A DNA stretch of 53,624 nucleotides from a virus (IMGVR_UViG_3300035018_000016:1-53624); one strand, 5' to 3'. Positions 35,717 through 45,374 are shown, numbered from the stretch's first letter. Notes: generated from the letters alone by a model not told the origin. Made by a program: numbers and translations.

Positions 35717-36778
35717 ATGGACATCTACGCCACCACCGTCCTCAACAAGGTCGTCGAGCAGAAGCCGGCGCCGTCGTCGTTCCTGCTCGACAAGTTCTTC
35801 CCGGTCATCCAGACGGGCGACACCGCCGAGATCCACTTCGACATCGACAAGTCGAAGCCGCGCATCACGCCGTTCGTCCACCCGACCGTGGCCGGCAAGG
35901 TTGTCGCCGATCGGGGCGTCGAGACCAAGAGCTTCAAGCCGGCCTATGCCAAGGACAAGCGCCTGCTGCAGCCGGACTCGCCGCTGAAGCGCCGTCCGGG
36001 CGAAGCGATCGGCGGCACGCTGTCGCCGATGCAGCGTCGCGCCGCGCAGCTGAGCGACTCGGTCGACGACCAGCTCGACATGCTGACCCGGCGCGAAGAG
36101 GTCATGGCGTCGGAAGCGCTGCGACTGGGAACGGTCACCGTGGCGGGCGAGAACTACCCGACCGTGGTCGTGAACTTTGGCCGCGACGCCGCGCTCACCG
36201 TGGCGCTGGCGGGTGGTGCCCGTTGGGCCGAGGCGGGCGTGTCTGTGCTCGACAATCTCGAGACCTGGGCCGGCCTGGTCCAGGCCAAGTCGGGCGCCGC
36301 GCCGCATGAGGTCACGATGGACCCGCTGGCCTGGGGCATCTTTCGCAAGGACGCCGAGGTCAAGGATCTGCTCGACCGCCAGAAGCGCTCGGCCAACGAG
36401 GCCCGCGCGCCGGCGCTCGATCGCGGTCCGATGAGCCGTGGGGACGGCGCCGACCGCGCCCGCTATGTCGGCATGGTCGGCGACTTCGAGATCTACGTCT
36501 ATTCCGACGTCTATGTGGACGAGAATGGCGCCGATCAGAAGATGTGGCCGGACTACACGGTATCGCTCGCGGCCGGCAACGGCGGCCGCAAGGGCGGCCT
36601 CGAAGGCGTGCGCGCCTATGGCGCCATCCTCGACGAGGAAGCGGGCTACAAGGCGCAGCGCTATTTCTCGAAGAGCTGGATCGAGAAGGACCCCGCCATC
36701 CGCAACCTGCTGCTTCAGTCGGCGCCGCTCGTGGTTCCCTACCGCCCGAACGCCAGCTTCTGCGCCACGGTCCGCTAG
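35717..36778 (+). CDS. Major capsid protein (lambda E family)
   Basis: FLLDKFFP, TPFVHP, FKPAYAKDK, RREEVMA, YGAILD, LQSAPL. Confidence 0.92.
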   Translation: MDIYATTVLNKVVEQKPAPSSFLLDKFFPVIQTGDTAEIHFDIDKSKPRITPFVHPTVAGKVVADRGVETKSFKPAYAKDKRLLQPDSPLKRRPGEAIGGTLSPMQRRAAQLSDSVDDQLDMLTRREEVMASEALRLGTVTVAGENYPTVVVNFGRDAALTVALAGGARWAEAGVSVLDNLETWAGLVQAKSGAAPHEVTMDPLAWGIFRKDAEVKDLLDRQKRSANEARAPALDRGPMSRGDGADRARYVGMVGDFEIYVYSDVYVDENGADQKMWPDYTVSLAAGNGGRKGGLEGVRAYGAILDEEAGYKAQRYFSKSWIEKDPAIRNLLLQSAPLVVPYRPNASFCATVR

Positions 36779-36795
36779 CCGGACCTGGCTTCCCG

Positions 36796-36848
36796 GCCCG
36801 CCGCCGGGCCGCCGGCGCCGCGTATTTGGCGTCGGCGGCTTGGCGGGC
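36796..36848 (+). terminator. GC-rich hairpin after the capsid gene (terminator or mRNA stabiliser)
   Basis: GCCGCCGGCGCC / GGCGTCGGCGGC stem with outer GCCCGCC/GGCGGGC; no clear U-tract. Confidence 0.35.
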
Positions 36849-36871
36849 GAACGCCGTTCGCCTCTCATGCG

Positions 36872-37222
36872 ATGGAGACGCAATTGTCCAGGAACACCCG
36901 CCGCCTGACGGCGCTGATGACGGTCGACCACGGGACGCCCAGGGAGCCGCGGCGCGCGGCGCCGGGCGAGGACTTCGACTGTCCGGCCGACGAGGCCCAG
37001 GGCCTGATCGACCGCGGCATCGCCGCGGCAGCACCGCCGCCACCGGCCGCGCCGCCGCCGCCGGTCGAGATTCCGGCGGGTTGGGCCGAACTGAACGCCG
37101 CCGAGCTGGTCAAGCTGGCGCGCGATCTCGGGGCGCCGTCCGCCGTCAACCGCAAGGACGAGGCGCACGAGTTCGTGGCCAAGGTCGCGGCCGAGCGCGC
37201 GGCCGCGCCGCCGCCGGCCTGA
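36872..37222 (+). CDS. Hypothetical head-associated protein (gpFI position)
   Basis: PGEDF..EAQGLIDRG.A, Pro-rich linker, small helical C-domain. Confidence 0.6.
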   Translation: METQLSRNTRRLTALMTVDHGTPREPRRAAPGEDFDCPADEAQGLIDRGIAAAAPPPPAAPPPPVEIPAGWAELNAAELVKLARDLGAPSAVNRKDEAHEFVAKVAAERAAAPPPA

Positions 37223-37272
37223 TGGCCTGGCGCGACCTGGCCGACTCCGTCGACCCATAGGGAGCTTCCGAC

Positions 37273-37629
37273 ATGCCGAACTGGCGCGCCCTGGCCGACG
37301 CCGTCGACCGGGCCGCCGTCCGGACCTTCGACTTCGGCGGTGTCCTCTTTCAGAAGATGGCGAACGGCGTTGCCTCTGGCGCGGCCGTTCCCGTTCCGGC
37401 CGAGTTCGACGGCGCCTTCAAATCGCTGCAGCTCGAGGACGGGGGCGAAGCGCCCACCATGCAGCCAACGGCCTGGGTCCACTACGCCGACTTCCCGCCC
37501 GGCGTGCGTCCGGAGGAGGAGGATCGGCTCGCGATTCCGGCGGGCCCGTTCGCCGGTGTCTATGCCATTGCCCAGGAAGAGCCGAACGGCGAGGGCACCG
37601 GCGCGCTGCTGCGGCTGGTGAGGGTTTAG
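37273..37629 (+). CDS. Head-tail joining protein (gpFII-like)
   Basis: GGAG RBS; position; C-terminal PNGEG..LRL. Confidence 0.65.
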   Translation: MPNWRALADAVDRAAVRTFDFGGVLFQKMANGVASGAAVPVPAEFDGAFKSLQLEDGGEAPTMQPTAWVHYADFPPGVRPEEEDRLAIPAGPFAGVYAIAQEEPNGEGTGALLRLVRV

Positions 37630-37633
37630 TGGC

Positions 37634-38263
37634 ATGCCTCTCCCCATCCTGCGGAGCGAGGAGATCAAGGAGGCCGCGCTCGCGCGGCTGCGCGCTGCCG
37701 TGGCCGCCGCCAATGTAGTCGGGGCGCCCGAGTCGGCGCTGAAGGACCTCTACATTCCGAAGCACCGCTACGAGTCGCTGCAGTCGACGAAGAAGTGGCC
37801 GGCCCTCACGGTCAGGTCGAAGGACGACGGCGGCGCCGGCATCGCGCGTCCGGTGCCGGAGATCGAGCAGGCCTGCATCCTCCATTTCAACGGTCTGGTC
37901 GCCACCGGCCGCGGCGCGACGATCGACCTCGACAAGTATGCCAGCCAGATCGCGGCGGCGGTCCTGCTGACCTTGCTCGAGGACACCACCTTTCTCGAGC
38001 TGTTCGCCTGGGTATCGCGCCTGAACGTCGAATTCGACGACGGCAAGATCGGCGCGGAACAGCGAGAGTACGACGTCTGTCTTTTCGAGATCGAACTGGA
38101 GCTGCAGCTGGGCCATCTGAAGTTCGAGCCCCGTCTGCCGGCCGACGCCGCCGACTTCAACACCGCCCAGGTCGGCGCCGATCTCGGCCCGATTCCTGGC
38201 GCCGCGCCTCCCGCGAACCTGATTGTCCGCCAGCAGTTCGATCCCAGCCCCGACGAGGAGTGA
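37634..38263 (+). CDS. Tail completion/terminator-like protein
   Basis: 209 aa; lies before the Mu gp38-like and sheath genes. Confidence 0.55.
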   Translation: MPLPILRSEEIKEAALARLRAAVAAANVVGAPESALKDLYIPKHRYESLQSTKKWPALTVRSKDDGGAGIARPVPEIEQACILHFNGLVATGRGATIDLDKYASQIAAAVLLTLLEDTTFLELFAWVSRLNVEFDDGKIGAEQREYDVCLFEIELELQLGHLKFEPRLPADAADFNTAQVGADLGPIPGAAPPANLIVRQQFDPSPDEE

Positions 38264-38265
38264 TC

Positions 38266-38463
38266 ATGCAAGACCGTAAATGGTTCCTGCCGAACGAAGG
38301 CATGACGATCCCGGACCCGCACACGCAGAAACCCTGCCCGGGAAGCGGCCAGTGGGTCGCGGCTTCCGACGAATACTGGATTCGCCGCGAGCTGGATGGC
38401 GGCGGCCGGCTGCTCGACGGGCCGCCCCCGGGTTCCGGGCCCGAGGGCTCCGAGCAAGAGTGA
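38266..38463 (+). CDS. DUF2635 / Mu gp38-like protein
   Basis: P.EG..IPDP..G.WV..YWIRRELDG; GAGGAG RBS. Confidence 0.75.
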   Translation: MQDRKWFLPNEGMTIPDPHTQKPCPGSGQWVAASDEYWIRRELDGGGRLLDGPPPGSGPEGSEQE

Positions 38464-38575
38464 AATTCCCGCGGCGCGCCCCTCCCACGAGACCCCCCGC
38501 GCCGCCGACGGCCGTCCCCGATCTCCCCCGGGGTCGGCCGTCCCCTGTTTCCGATGATCTCCGCGCGAGGCGAGC

Positions 38576-40063
38576 ATGATCCAGTTCTCGAAGATTCCGA
38601 ACAACCTCCGCCTGCCGGGCGTGTTCATCGAGGTCGATCCGTCGAAGGCCGGCCGTGCCGACGATCCGGGCCGCATCCTCCTGATCGGCCAGAAGCTCGC
38701 GGCCGGCACGGCGGCCGCCAACGTGCCGGTGCCGGTGACGTCGTTCGCCGACGCCAAGGCGCAGTTCGGAGTGGGCTCCATGCTCGCGGCCATGATGGAG
38801 ACGGTGCGCCTCGCCGATCCGTTGGGCCTGATCTGGGCGCTGCCGCTCGGCGACGCCGGCGGCGCGGTGCAGGCCACGGGCACGATCACCGTCACGGCCG
38901 CGCCGACGGCGGCGGGTGTCATCCCGCTTTACGTCGAGGGCGTGTCCGTCCCGGTGCCGGTCACCGGCGCCGAGAGCATCGCCGCCACGGCAGCCGCGAT
39001 TGCCGCCGCCATCAACGCCAATGCCGACCTGCCCGTGACGGCGGCCGCGGTGGCGGGGGTCGTGACCGTGACGGCGCGCCAGGCGGGCACGCTGGGCAAC
39101 GACATCGATCTTCGCTATGCTTGGATGGGCAGCGCCGGCGGCGAGGCCTTGCCGACCTCCTACGTCGGCGCGATCGTGGCGATGGCCAACGGCGCGACCG
39201 ACCCCAACGCCACGGTCGGTCTGGCGGCGCTGGGCGATCAGACCTTCGACTTCATCGTCATGCCCTATACCGACGCCACCAACCTCGCGGCGGCGAAGAC
39301 CGCGATGAACGACAACACGGGCCGCTGGGCCTTCAACCGCATGGTCTGGGGCCACGTCTTCTCGGCCAAGCGGGCGACGCTCTCGGCCGCCGTGACCTTC
39401 GGCCTGACCCAGAACGACCCGCACTGCACGGTCCTGCCCTTCAGCCTGTCGCCCACGCCGGCCTGGCGCTGGGCCGCCGCCTACGCCGGCGCCGCCGCCG
39501 TCGTGCTGCGCAACGACCCCGCCCGCCCGGTACAGACGATCGAGATTCCGGGTGTCCTCGCGCCACCCCTCGGCTCGGCCGGGCGCTTCACCATGGCCGA
39601 GCGGCAGACGCTGCTCTATTCCGGCATGAGCACCTTCACGGCCGCGGCCGACGGCACGGTCCGCATCGAGCGGCTGGTCTCGACCTACCAGCTGAACGCC
39701 TTCGGCCAGATCGACGAGGCCTGGCTGTCGGTCGAGAAGATCTTCACCCTCATGCTGATCATGCGCCGGCTGCGCGGCGCGCTGATGGCGAACTTCCCGC
39801 GCCACAAGCTGGCGCACGACGGCACGCGGGTGGCGCCTGGCGCGACGGTGCTGACGCCGTCGATCGCCCGCGCCTTCATCGTCGCCGAAATGCGCGAGAT
39901 GGAAGTCGACGGGCTGCTCGACAATGTCGATGCCATCGTCGACCAGGTGCGTTGCGAGGTGAACGGTGGCAATCCCGACCGGCTCGACGTCCTGTTCCCG
40001 CCGCCCCTCATCGGCCAGCTCCGTATCCTGGCGGTGCTCAATCAGTTCCACGTCCTGAACTGA
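38576..40063 (+). CDS. Tail sheath protein (Mu gpL-like)
   Basis: IQFSKIPNNLRLPGVFIEVD, FGVGSML, DPARPVQT, RLDVLFPP.LIGQLR. Confidence 0.93.
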   Translation: MIQFSKIPNNLRLPGVFIEVDPSKAGRADDPGRILLIGQKLAAGTAAANVPVPVTSFADAKAQFGVGSMLAAMMETVRLADPLGLIWALPLGDAGGAVQATGTITVTAAPTAAGVIPLYVEGVSVPVPVTGAESIAATAAAIAAAINANADLPVTAAAVAGVVTVTARQAGTLGNDIDLRYAWMGSAGGEALPTSYVGAIVAMANGATDPNATVGLAALGDQTFDFIVMPYTDATNLAAAKTAMNDNTGRWAFNRMVWGHVFSAKRATLSAAVTFGLTQNDPHCTVLPFSLSPTPAWRWAAAYAGAAAVVLRNDPARPVQTIEIPGVLAPPLGSAGRFTMAERQTLLYSGMSTFTAAADGTVRIERLVSTYQLNAFGQIDEAWLSVEKIFTLMLIMRRLRGALMANFPRHKLAHDGTRVAPGATVLTPSIARAFIVAEMREMEVDGLLDNVDAIVDQVRCEVNGGNPDRLDVLFPPPLIGQLRILAVLNQFHVLN

Positions 40064-40157
40064 GGCGTTGATCTCGTCTTCATAACCACTGTGCGGGCTC
40101 CCGGGGCTTCGCTGCGCTGCAGCCCCTGCCGCCCGCCAACGCATGGGAATGCGTTCA

Positions 40158-40532
40158 ATGAACAGGACCAAGCCGATCGGCGGCTATTCCGAAATCCGCT
40201 TCAACGGCAACCTGCTGGAGTTCCGGTCCGAACTGACCTGGAATTTCCAGAAGGCGATCAAGAAGGGCGTGGCCGGCCGGGACGGTCGCGTCCATGGCTT
40301 TACGGTCGAGCCGCATGTGCCCTTCATCGAGGGCGATTTCACGCACAGCGGTCGCTACAAGATCGCCGACCTCGAGGCGATCGCGGACGCCGTGGTCACC
40401 TCGCGCCTGGCCGACGGCCGCGTACTGACCCTGCGCGGCGCCTTCGTCGCCGGCGAGATCGCGCCGACCGGCGACGACGCCAAGGTGAAGATCCGCTTCG
40501 AGGGCGAAGACGGCGAAGAACTGGCGGCCTAG
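40158..40532 (+). CDS. Tail tube protein (Mu gpM-like)
   Basis: GRDGRVHGF..PFIEG..LADG..IRFEG. Confidence 0.85.
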   Translation: MNRTKPIGGYSEIRFNGNLLEFRSELTWNFQKAIKKGVAGRDGRVHGFTVEPHVPFIEGDFTHSGRYKIADLEAIADAVVTSRLADGRVLTLRGAFVAGEIAPTGDDAKVKIRFEGEDGEELAA

Positions 40533-40540
40533 GAGGGCAC

Positions 40541-40909
40541 ATGACCGAACCGACAGAAGCCGAACGCCGTTCGCCTGACGGGGAACTGGACCAGCGCGAC
40601 GATGCCTTCACCATTCCGGAGGAGATCGTCGTTCCGCTGAAGAAGCCGCTGAAGAAGGTGGCCAGCGACGAGACCCTGACGCAGCTCACCTTCCGGCCGC
40701 CGACCGTCGGCGAGATGAAGAAGATCGGGCAGCGGCTGAAGAGCCAGGGACAGGAAGCCGCCGGTATCCTGATGCTGTCGCTGCTCAGCAACGACAAGCT
40801 GACCGACCCCGACGTGGAGCGGCTGAACTTCATCGACGCCCAGATCTGTGCGGAGAAGCTGCAGCCTTTTTTGGAATTGTCGGCGCCTACGAAGAAGCCG
40901 ACGGACTGA
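40541..40909 (+). CDS. Tail assembly chaperone (GpE-like)
   Basis: VPLKKPL..LTFRPPTVGEM; GGAGG RBS; ends near a slippery site. Confidence 0.8.
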   Translation: MTEPTEAERRSPDGELDQRDDAFTIPEEIVVPLKKPLKKVASDETLTQLTFRPPTVGEMKKIGQRLKSQGQEAAGILMLSLLSNDKLTDPDVERLNFIDAQICAEKLQPFLELSAPTKKPTD

Positions 40910-41055
40910 GCAGGGCCGTCCACGACCTCGCTTGGTTCTGGAAGGTGCCGCCCCGGGAGGTCTGGGAGTGCCCGGCCGATCGCTTCCTCGAATGGCTGCG
41001 CGAGGCCGATCGCATCGCCGACGAGATCGAGGCGGCGCGAAACAAATCGCCGTAG
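40867..41055 (+). CDS. -1 frameshift extension of the tail chaperone (GpE'-like)
   Basis: TTTTTTG at 40867-40873; -1 frame reads ..AVHDLAWFWKVPPREVWECPADRFLEW.. to TAG 41055. Confidence 0.75.
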   Translation, partial: FFGIVGAYEEADGLSRAVHDLAWFWKVPPREVWECPADRFLEWLREADRIADEIEAARNKSP

Positions 41056-41081
41056 GGCGGCCTGTGATGGGGTGACGAGCG

Positions 41082-42809
41082 ATGTCGACCAGGTATTCGG
41101 TCTTCACGCGCATCATGGGCGAGGATGCCCTGTCGCCGCTGTTCCGCGGCGTCGGGCAGGCGGCGAAGTCGGCCTTCGCGCCGATCGCGGCCATGAACAA
41201 GGCGGTGGGCGAGCCCAAGACGAATGCGCTCGGCCGCGTCGGCACCATGGCCGACCAGGTCGCGGGCAAGTTCCGAGCCGGCCTGGGCTCGATCACCTCT
41301 TGGCTGCCGGCGCTGGGCGCGATCGGCAGCGCGCTCACTCTCGGTGGCCTGATCGCCATGACGCGAACTCAGTCCGCGGCCTTCGACGGGCTGGTGAAAT
41401 CGTCGGAGAAACTGGGGGAGGTGCCGGCGCGGCTCGCGGCCGTGCGCTATTCCGCCAAGCTGGCGAACGTCGAATATCAGTCGCTCGAGAAGGGCGCGCT
41501 GAAGCTCAACAAGACGATGTATGACGCCGCGACCGGCAAGAACAAGGACGTGGCGGCGCTGTTCCAGCGCATGGGAATCTCGCTGCGCGACGGCAAGGGC
41601 AATGTGAAGGGCTGGGCCAACTCGTTCGAGGACATCGCCGAGTCGTTCAAGAACACGACGAACCCGGCGACGCAGGCGGCCATGGCGGTGGCGCTGTTCG
41701 GCAAGGCCGGCGCCGACATGATCCCGTTCCTCGCCCAGGGCCGCGATGCGATCCGCGCCCAGATGGAGGAGTACCGGCGGTTCTACGGCATCACCGACCG
41801 GCATGCCGACAGCCTCAACCGTCTCGACGATTCCTACGACCGCCTCGACGCCGCCGGCGCCGGCCTTGCCACGCGCCTCAGCGCCGCCGTCGCGCCCGGC
41901 CTCGTCAAGGTCGTGGACGCGACGACCAACTGGATCGTCGCCAACCGCGAACTGATCGCCCAGTCGGTCGAGCGCAAGGTCGAGAAGATCGGGGTCGCCT
42001 TCGACTTCGTGTCCACGGCCGCGAGATCGTTCCTGTCCGTGCCGATCCTGGGCGACTTCCTGAAGAACGCCGACGCCGGTACCGCCTTCGACATCGCCCT
42101 GGGCGGCCTCGGCCTCACCCTGGCCGGGCCGCTGTTCGCCGCCGTCCAGGTCGTGACCGCCGCCGTGTGGCGCATGAACGCCGCCATGTGGGCCAATCCC
42201 TGGCTGCTGCTGATTGCCGGCGTCGCGGCGGCGGCCTACGCGATATATGCCAACTGGGGTCCGATCACGGGCTGGTTCGGCGAGCAGATGGACGAGATTC
42301 GCTCGGCCTTCGACCGCGGTCTGGGCGCCGGTCTGTGGGAGTTGTTCGCGCGCTTCAACCCCTTCAACCTGATCGCGAATGCGGTAAACGGCCTGTCGAA
42401 ATGGCTGTTCGACGTGGACTTGTTCGCGGCCGGCGCCCGGCTGGTGCAGCGCCTGATCGACGGCATCAAGTCGCTGCTGCCCGATCTCAGCGGTGTGTGG
42501 GCGCCGATCGAGCGCGGCATCAACTGGGCCGAGCGCAACGGGCTGGTCGGTAGCGTAACGGCCTCGGCGCCGTCGGTGGCGATGGATACGGCCGCCCGCT
42601 ACGCGCAGGCCTACGGCCAGCCCTTTCCGCGGGCCCCGTCGCCCGGATCGCCGGCGGCGCTGGCCGCGGGCGGCGCGCCGACGAAGGGCACCGTGGACGT
42701 CAAGGTCGACTTCTCCAACATGCCGCGCGGCGTCGATGCGACGGTGCAGGGCAGCGGCGTCTCGAGCCTCCAGACGAACGTCGGCCGTTCGATGGAGGAT
42801 AATACTTGA
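41082..42809 (+). CDS. Tape measure protein
   Basis: Ala/Gly-rich helical protein, ALFGKAG, WANPW..IYANW; follows the chaperone. Confidence 0.85.
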   Translation: MSTRYSVFTRIMGEDALSPLFRGVGQAAKSAFAPIAAMNKAVGEPKTNALGRVGTMADQVAGKFRAGLGSITSWLPALGAIGSALTLGGLIAMTRTQSAAFDGLVKSSEKLGEVPARLAAVRYSAKLANVEYQSLEKGALKLNKTMYDAATGKNKDVAALFQRMGISLRDGKGNVKGWANSFEDIAESFKNTTNPATQAAMAVALFGKAGADMIPFLAQGRDAIRAQMEEYRRFYGITDRHADSLNRLDDSYDRLDAAGAGLATRLSAAVAPGLVKVVDATTNWIVANRELIAQSVERKVEKIGVAFDFVSTAARSFLSVPILGDFLKNADAGTAFDIALGGLGLTLAGPLFAAVQVVTAAVWRMNAAMWANPWLLLIAGVAAAAYAIYANWGPITGWFGEQMDEIRSAFDRGLGAGLWELFARFNPFNLIANAVNGLSKWLFDVDLFAAGARLVQRLIDGIKSLLPDLSGVWAPIERGINWAERNGLVGSVTASAPSVAMDTAARYAQAYGQPFPRAPSPGSPAALAAGGAPTKGTVDVKVDFSNMPRGVDATVQGSGVSSLQTNVGRSMEDNT

Positions 42810-42810
42810 A

Positions 42811-42884
42811 CCCCGCGCACACGGCCGCCTCGGTGGAATGACCCGAAGGGTCAATCCACCTTTACCAACCCCGTGTGCGCGGGG
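42811..42884. other. 74-nt nested hairpin in an intergenic region
   Basis: Outer 14-bp perfect inverted repeat CCCCGCGCACACGG/CCGTGTGCGCGGGG; inner GGTGGAaTGACCC-GAA-GGGTCAaTCCACC. Confidence 0.7.
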
Positions 42885-42904
42885 ACCCCGAAGAGGCGTT
42901 TGAC

Positions 42905-44197
42905 ATGGCTTCTCGGTTCGATCCCCTGACCGCGCTTGAGGGCGCCTTCCTCGGCTTCCCGTTCAAGCTGGCGGGGGAACGCGGCGAGGGTGGCATTCGC
43001 GGCCCGGTCCACGAGTATCCCGACCGGGACCTGCCGTTCTTCGAGAAGCTGGGCCGCAGCGCCCGGCGCTTCGACCTGTCCGTCTACTTCGTCGGTCCCT
43101 CGGCCGACCTGCAGGCCGCGCTGTTCGACAAGCTGCTGTGGAAGGGCACGGCGGGCCCGCTGATTCTCCCCGGCCTGCGCCGCGAGACGATGCTGGCGCA
43201 GAAGTGGAACTACCAGAAAGAAGCCGGCCGGGCGCAGTGGGTCCGGTTCGACCTGCATTTCGTCGAGGTCGGGCGCAACACCTATCCCGCGCCGTCGACG
43301 AGCTGGCCGCACGCCCTGCTCGATGCCGCCCTGTCGGCCCGAACGGCGTTCGGCGACGCGCTCGGAGAGGCGCTGTCGCTGGTCGGCCTCGACGGCGGCC
43401 CGCTCGGCCAGGAGGCGGTCGAGGATCTGATCGGCCGCGCCCAGGCCCTCGGCACGGTGCTGAACGTGGCGGCGCAGCTCGCCGCCGGCGATGCGCCCTC
43501 GACGGCGCTCGCCTCGGCGGCGCTGCTGACCCTAGGCTACACCCGTTCGCTCGGCCCGTCTTCGTTCGATGGCTGGCTCGCGACGGCGACCTTCGCGGCG
43601 GCGACCGTGCAGCTGCTCGGCGGCTGGGCCGACGCCCTGGCCGGCCCGTCGCCGGACCTTCTGTCGCGCTCCAGGGCAATCGAGTCCATGTTCGTGGTCT
43701 ACGGCGAGGGCGCCTCCGATTCCTGGTACGCCCCCGAGGCCTTGACCCCTTTGGAGCTGGCCGGGATTTCCAACCAGGGCGCACTGTCCTCGGGCATCCG
43801 CCGCGTGGCCCTGGCCGAGATCGCGCGGCAGGCGGCGTCGCTCGACTTCGCGAGCTACGACGATGCGGCCCTGCTGCGCGGCCGCCTGGCCGATGCCTTC
43901 GACGACGAGATCAACCTGGCCGGCAACGCAACCGCACCGGGCGGTCGATCGGAGAGGGCGCGCGTGGCGTTGCAGCATCTGCGGGCCGCGACCTTGCAGG
44001 CGATCTCTGACGCCGGCGCCGACAAGGCCCGTCTCGTGCCCTATGCCGTGCCGCGCCCGCGCCCGGCGCTGGCGATGGCGCAGCTCTTCTACGGCGGCGA
44101 TGCCGACGTGACCGGCCGTGCTGGGGAACTGGTCGCGCGCACCGGCGCCATTCATCCTGCGTTCCTGCCCGCTAAGGGCGAACGCCTCTCGAAATAA
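42905..44197 (+). CDS. DNA circularisation protein (Mu gpN-like)
   Basis: AFLGFPF..VHEYPDRD..EKLGRSAR..FVEVG; C-terminal YGGDA..R..ELVART..HPAF. Confidence 0.85.
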   Translation: MASRFDPLTALEGAFLGFPFKLAGERGEGGIRGPVHEYPDRDLPFFEKLGRSARRFDLSVYFVGPSADLQAALFDKLLWKGTAGPLILPGLRRETMLAQKWNYQKEAGRAQWVRFDLHFVEVGRNTYPAPSTSWPHALLDAALSARTAFGDALGEALSLVGLDGGPLGQEAVEDLIGRAQALGTVLNVAAQLAAGDAPSTALASAALLTLGYTRSLGPSSFDGWLATATFAAATVQLLGGWADALAGPSPDLLSRSRAIESMFVVYGEGASDSWYAPEALTPLELAGISNQGALSSGIRRVALAEIARQAASLDFASYDDAALLRGRLADAFDDEINLAGNATAPGGRSERARVALQHLRAATLQAISDAGADKARLVPYAVPRPRPALAMAQLFYGGDADVTGRAGELVARTGAIHPAFLPAKGERLSK

Positions 44198-44270
44198 CCC
44201 CCGCGAAGAGTCGGGCCCCGCGCCGATCCGGGCGCGGGGCCACGACAGGCAGGGACCGGCGGCGGACACG

Positions 44271-45374
44271 ATGGCTCTGGAGAATCACGAACTTTCGCTG
44301 ATCGTCGGCGGGCAGAAGTTCGGCGGCTGGCTCGACGTGCGCGTCTCGCGCGGCATCGAGCGCGGTGCCGGCGACTTCCAGATTGCCGCCACCCAGCGTT
44401 GGCCGGGCCTCGACAGGCGCTTCGAGATTCCCGAGGGCGCGGCCTGCGAGATCTGGATCGGCAGGGACAAGGTCCTGACCGGGTATGTCGACCTGGTGCG
44501 CCAGCGCCGCAATGGGACGACGGCCGCCGTCGCCTTCAACGGACGCAGCAAGACTTGCGACTTGATCGACTGCTCGCCCGACTTCGACACGGCCGAACTC
44601 GCGGGGCTCGACCTGGCCGCCGTCGCCCGCAAGGTCTGTGCGCCCTTCGGGATAGAGGTCGATGCCCGGGTCTCGGGCCCGACCTTTGCGGTGGCCGCGG
44701 CCCATCACGGCGAGACGTGCTGGAAGCTGATCGAGCGCCTGGCGCGGCAGCGGCAGATCCTGGTCACCGACGATCCGGACGGACGCCTGGTGCTGACGCA
44801 GCTCGCGAGCGAGCGCGCCACCGACGAGCTGGTGCATCCCTCGGACGGCCTGCTCGAGATCGAGACCGTGCGCGATTCAAGCAAGCGCTTCTCGGTCTAC
44901 AAGGTGAAGGCGCAGGCCGGCAGCCGCTGGGCCGACGCCGGCAGCGACGAGGGGAGCCTGCCGTCGGCGCTGGCCCATGTCGAAGGCGAGTTCCGCGACA
45001 ACGGCGTCAAGCGCTACCGGCCGAAGACGATCCTGAACGAGGGCGCGGCCAAGAAGGCAGGCGCCCTCGCGCGAGCCGAATACGAAGCCCGGCGCAACAT
45101 CGGCAAGGCGCTCCGCTTCACCGCGACCCGGGTCGGCTGGCGACAGCGCGACGGGGCGCTGTGGCGGCCGAACATGCTGGTGCCCTGCCGCGTGCCGTCG
45201 ATGAACCTCGGCGCCGAACTGGCGATCGCCGAAGTCCACTACAAGAAGGGCGCCTCCGGTACGACCTGCGACCTTGAGCTGGCACCGCCCGAGGCTTTCT
45301 CGCCGGAGCCATCCGAGGCGCCGGCGGTCGCAGGCGGGCAGGGCGATCGCTGGGCCGACGTCATGAAGGGCTGA
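44271..45374 (+). CDS. Baseplate hub protein (Mu gpP/gp44-like)
   Basis: FGGWLDVRVSRGIE, VLTGYVD, GRSKTCDLIDCS, RYRP, GWRQ..LWRPN. Confidence 0.9.
   Translation: MALENHELSLIVGGQKFGGWLDVRVSRGIERGAGDFQIAATQRWPGLDRRFEIPEGAACEIWIGRDKVLTGYVDLVRQRRNGTTAAVAFNGRSKTCDLIDCSPDFDTAELAGLDLAAVARKVCAPFGIEVDARVSGPTFAVAAAHHGETCWKLIERLARQRQILVTDDPDGRLVLTQLASERATDELVHPSDGLLEIETVRDSSKRFSVYKVKAQAGSRWADAGSDEGSLPSALAHVEGEFRDNGVKRYRPKTILNEGAAKKAGALARAEYEARRNIGKALRFTATRVGWRQRDGALWRPNMLVPCRVPSMNLGAELAIAEVHYKKGASGTTCDLELAPPEAFSPEPSEAPAVAGGQGDRWADVMKG

Noticed and set aside
37361-37373. CGAACGGCGTTGC as another palindrome copy
   Set aside because: Two mismatches and only about 0.5 kb from an exact copy; compatible with chance.
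29670-42854. Long antisense and alternative-frame ORFs (e.g. 29670-32081, 35156-37258, 38264-40171, 40887-42854)
   Set aside because: Shadow ORFs of high-GC coding sequence; they overlap well-supported genes and have no recognisable motifs.
44214-44241. 11-bp GC hairpin (and a similar one at 38507-38542) as intrinsic terminators
   Set aside because: No convincing U-tract and both lie inside a co-directional operon; function cannot be supported from sequence alone.
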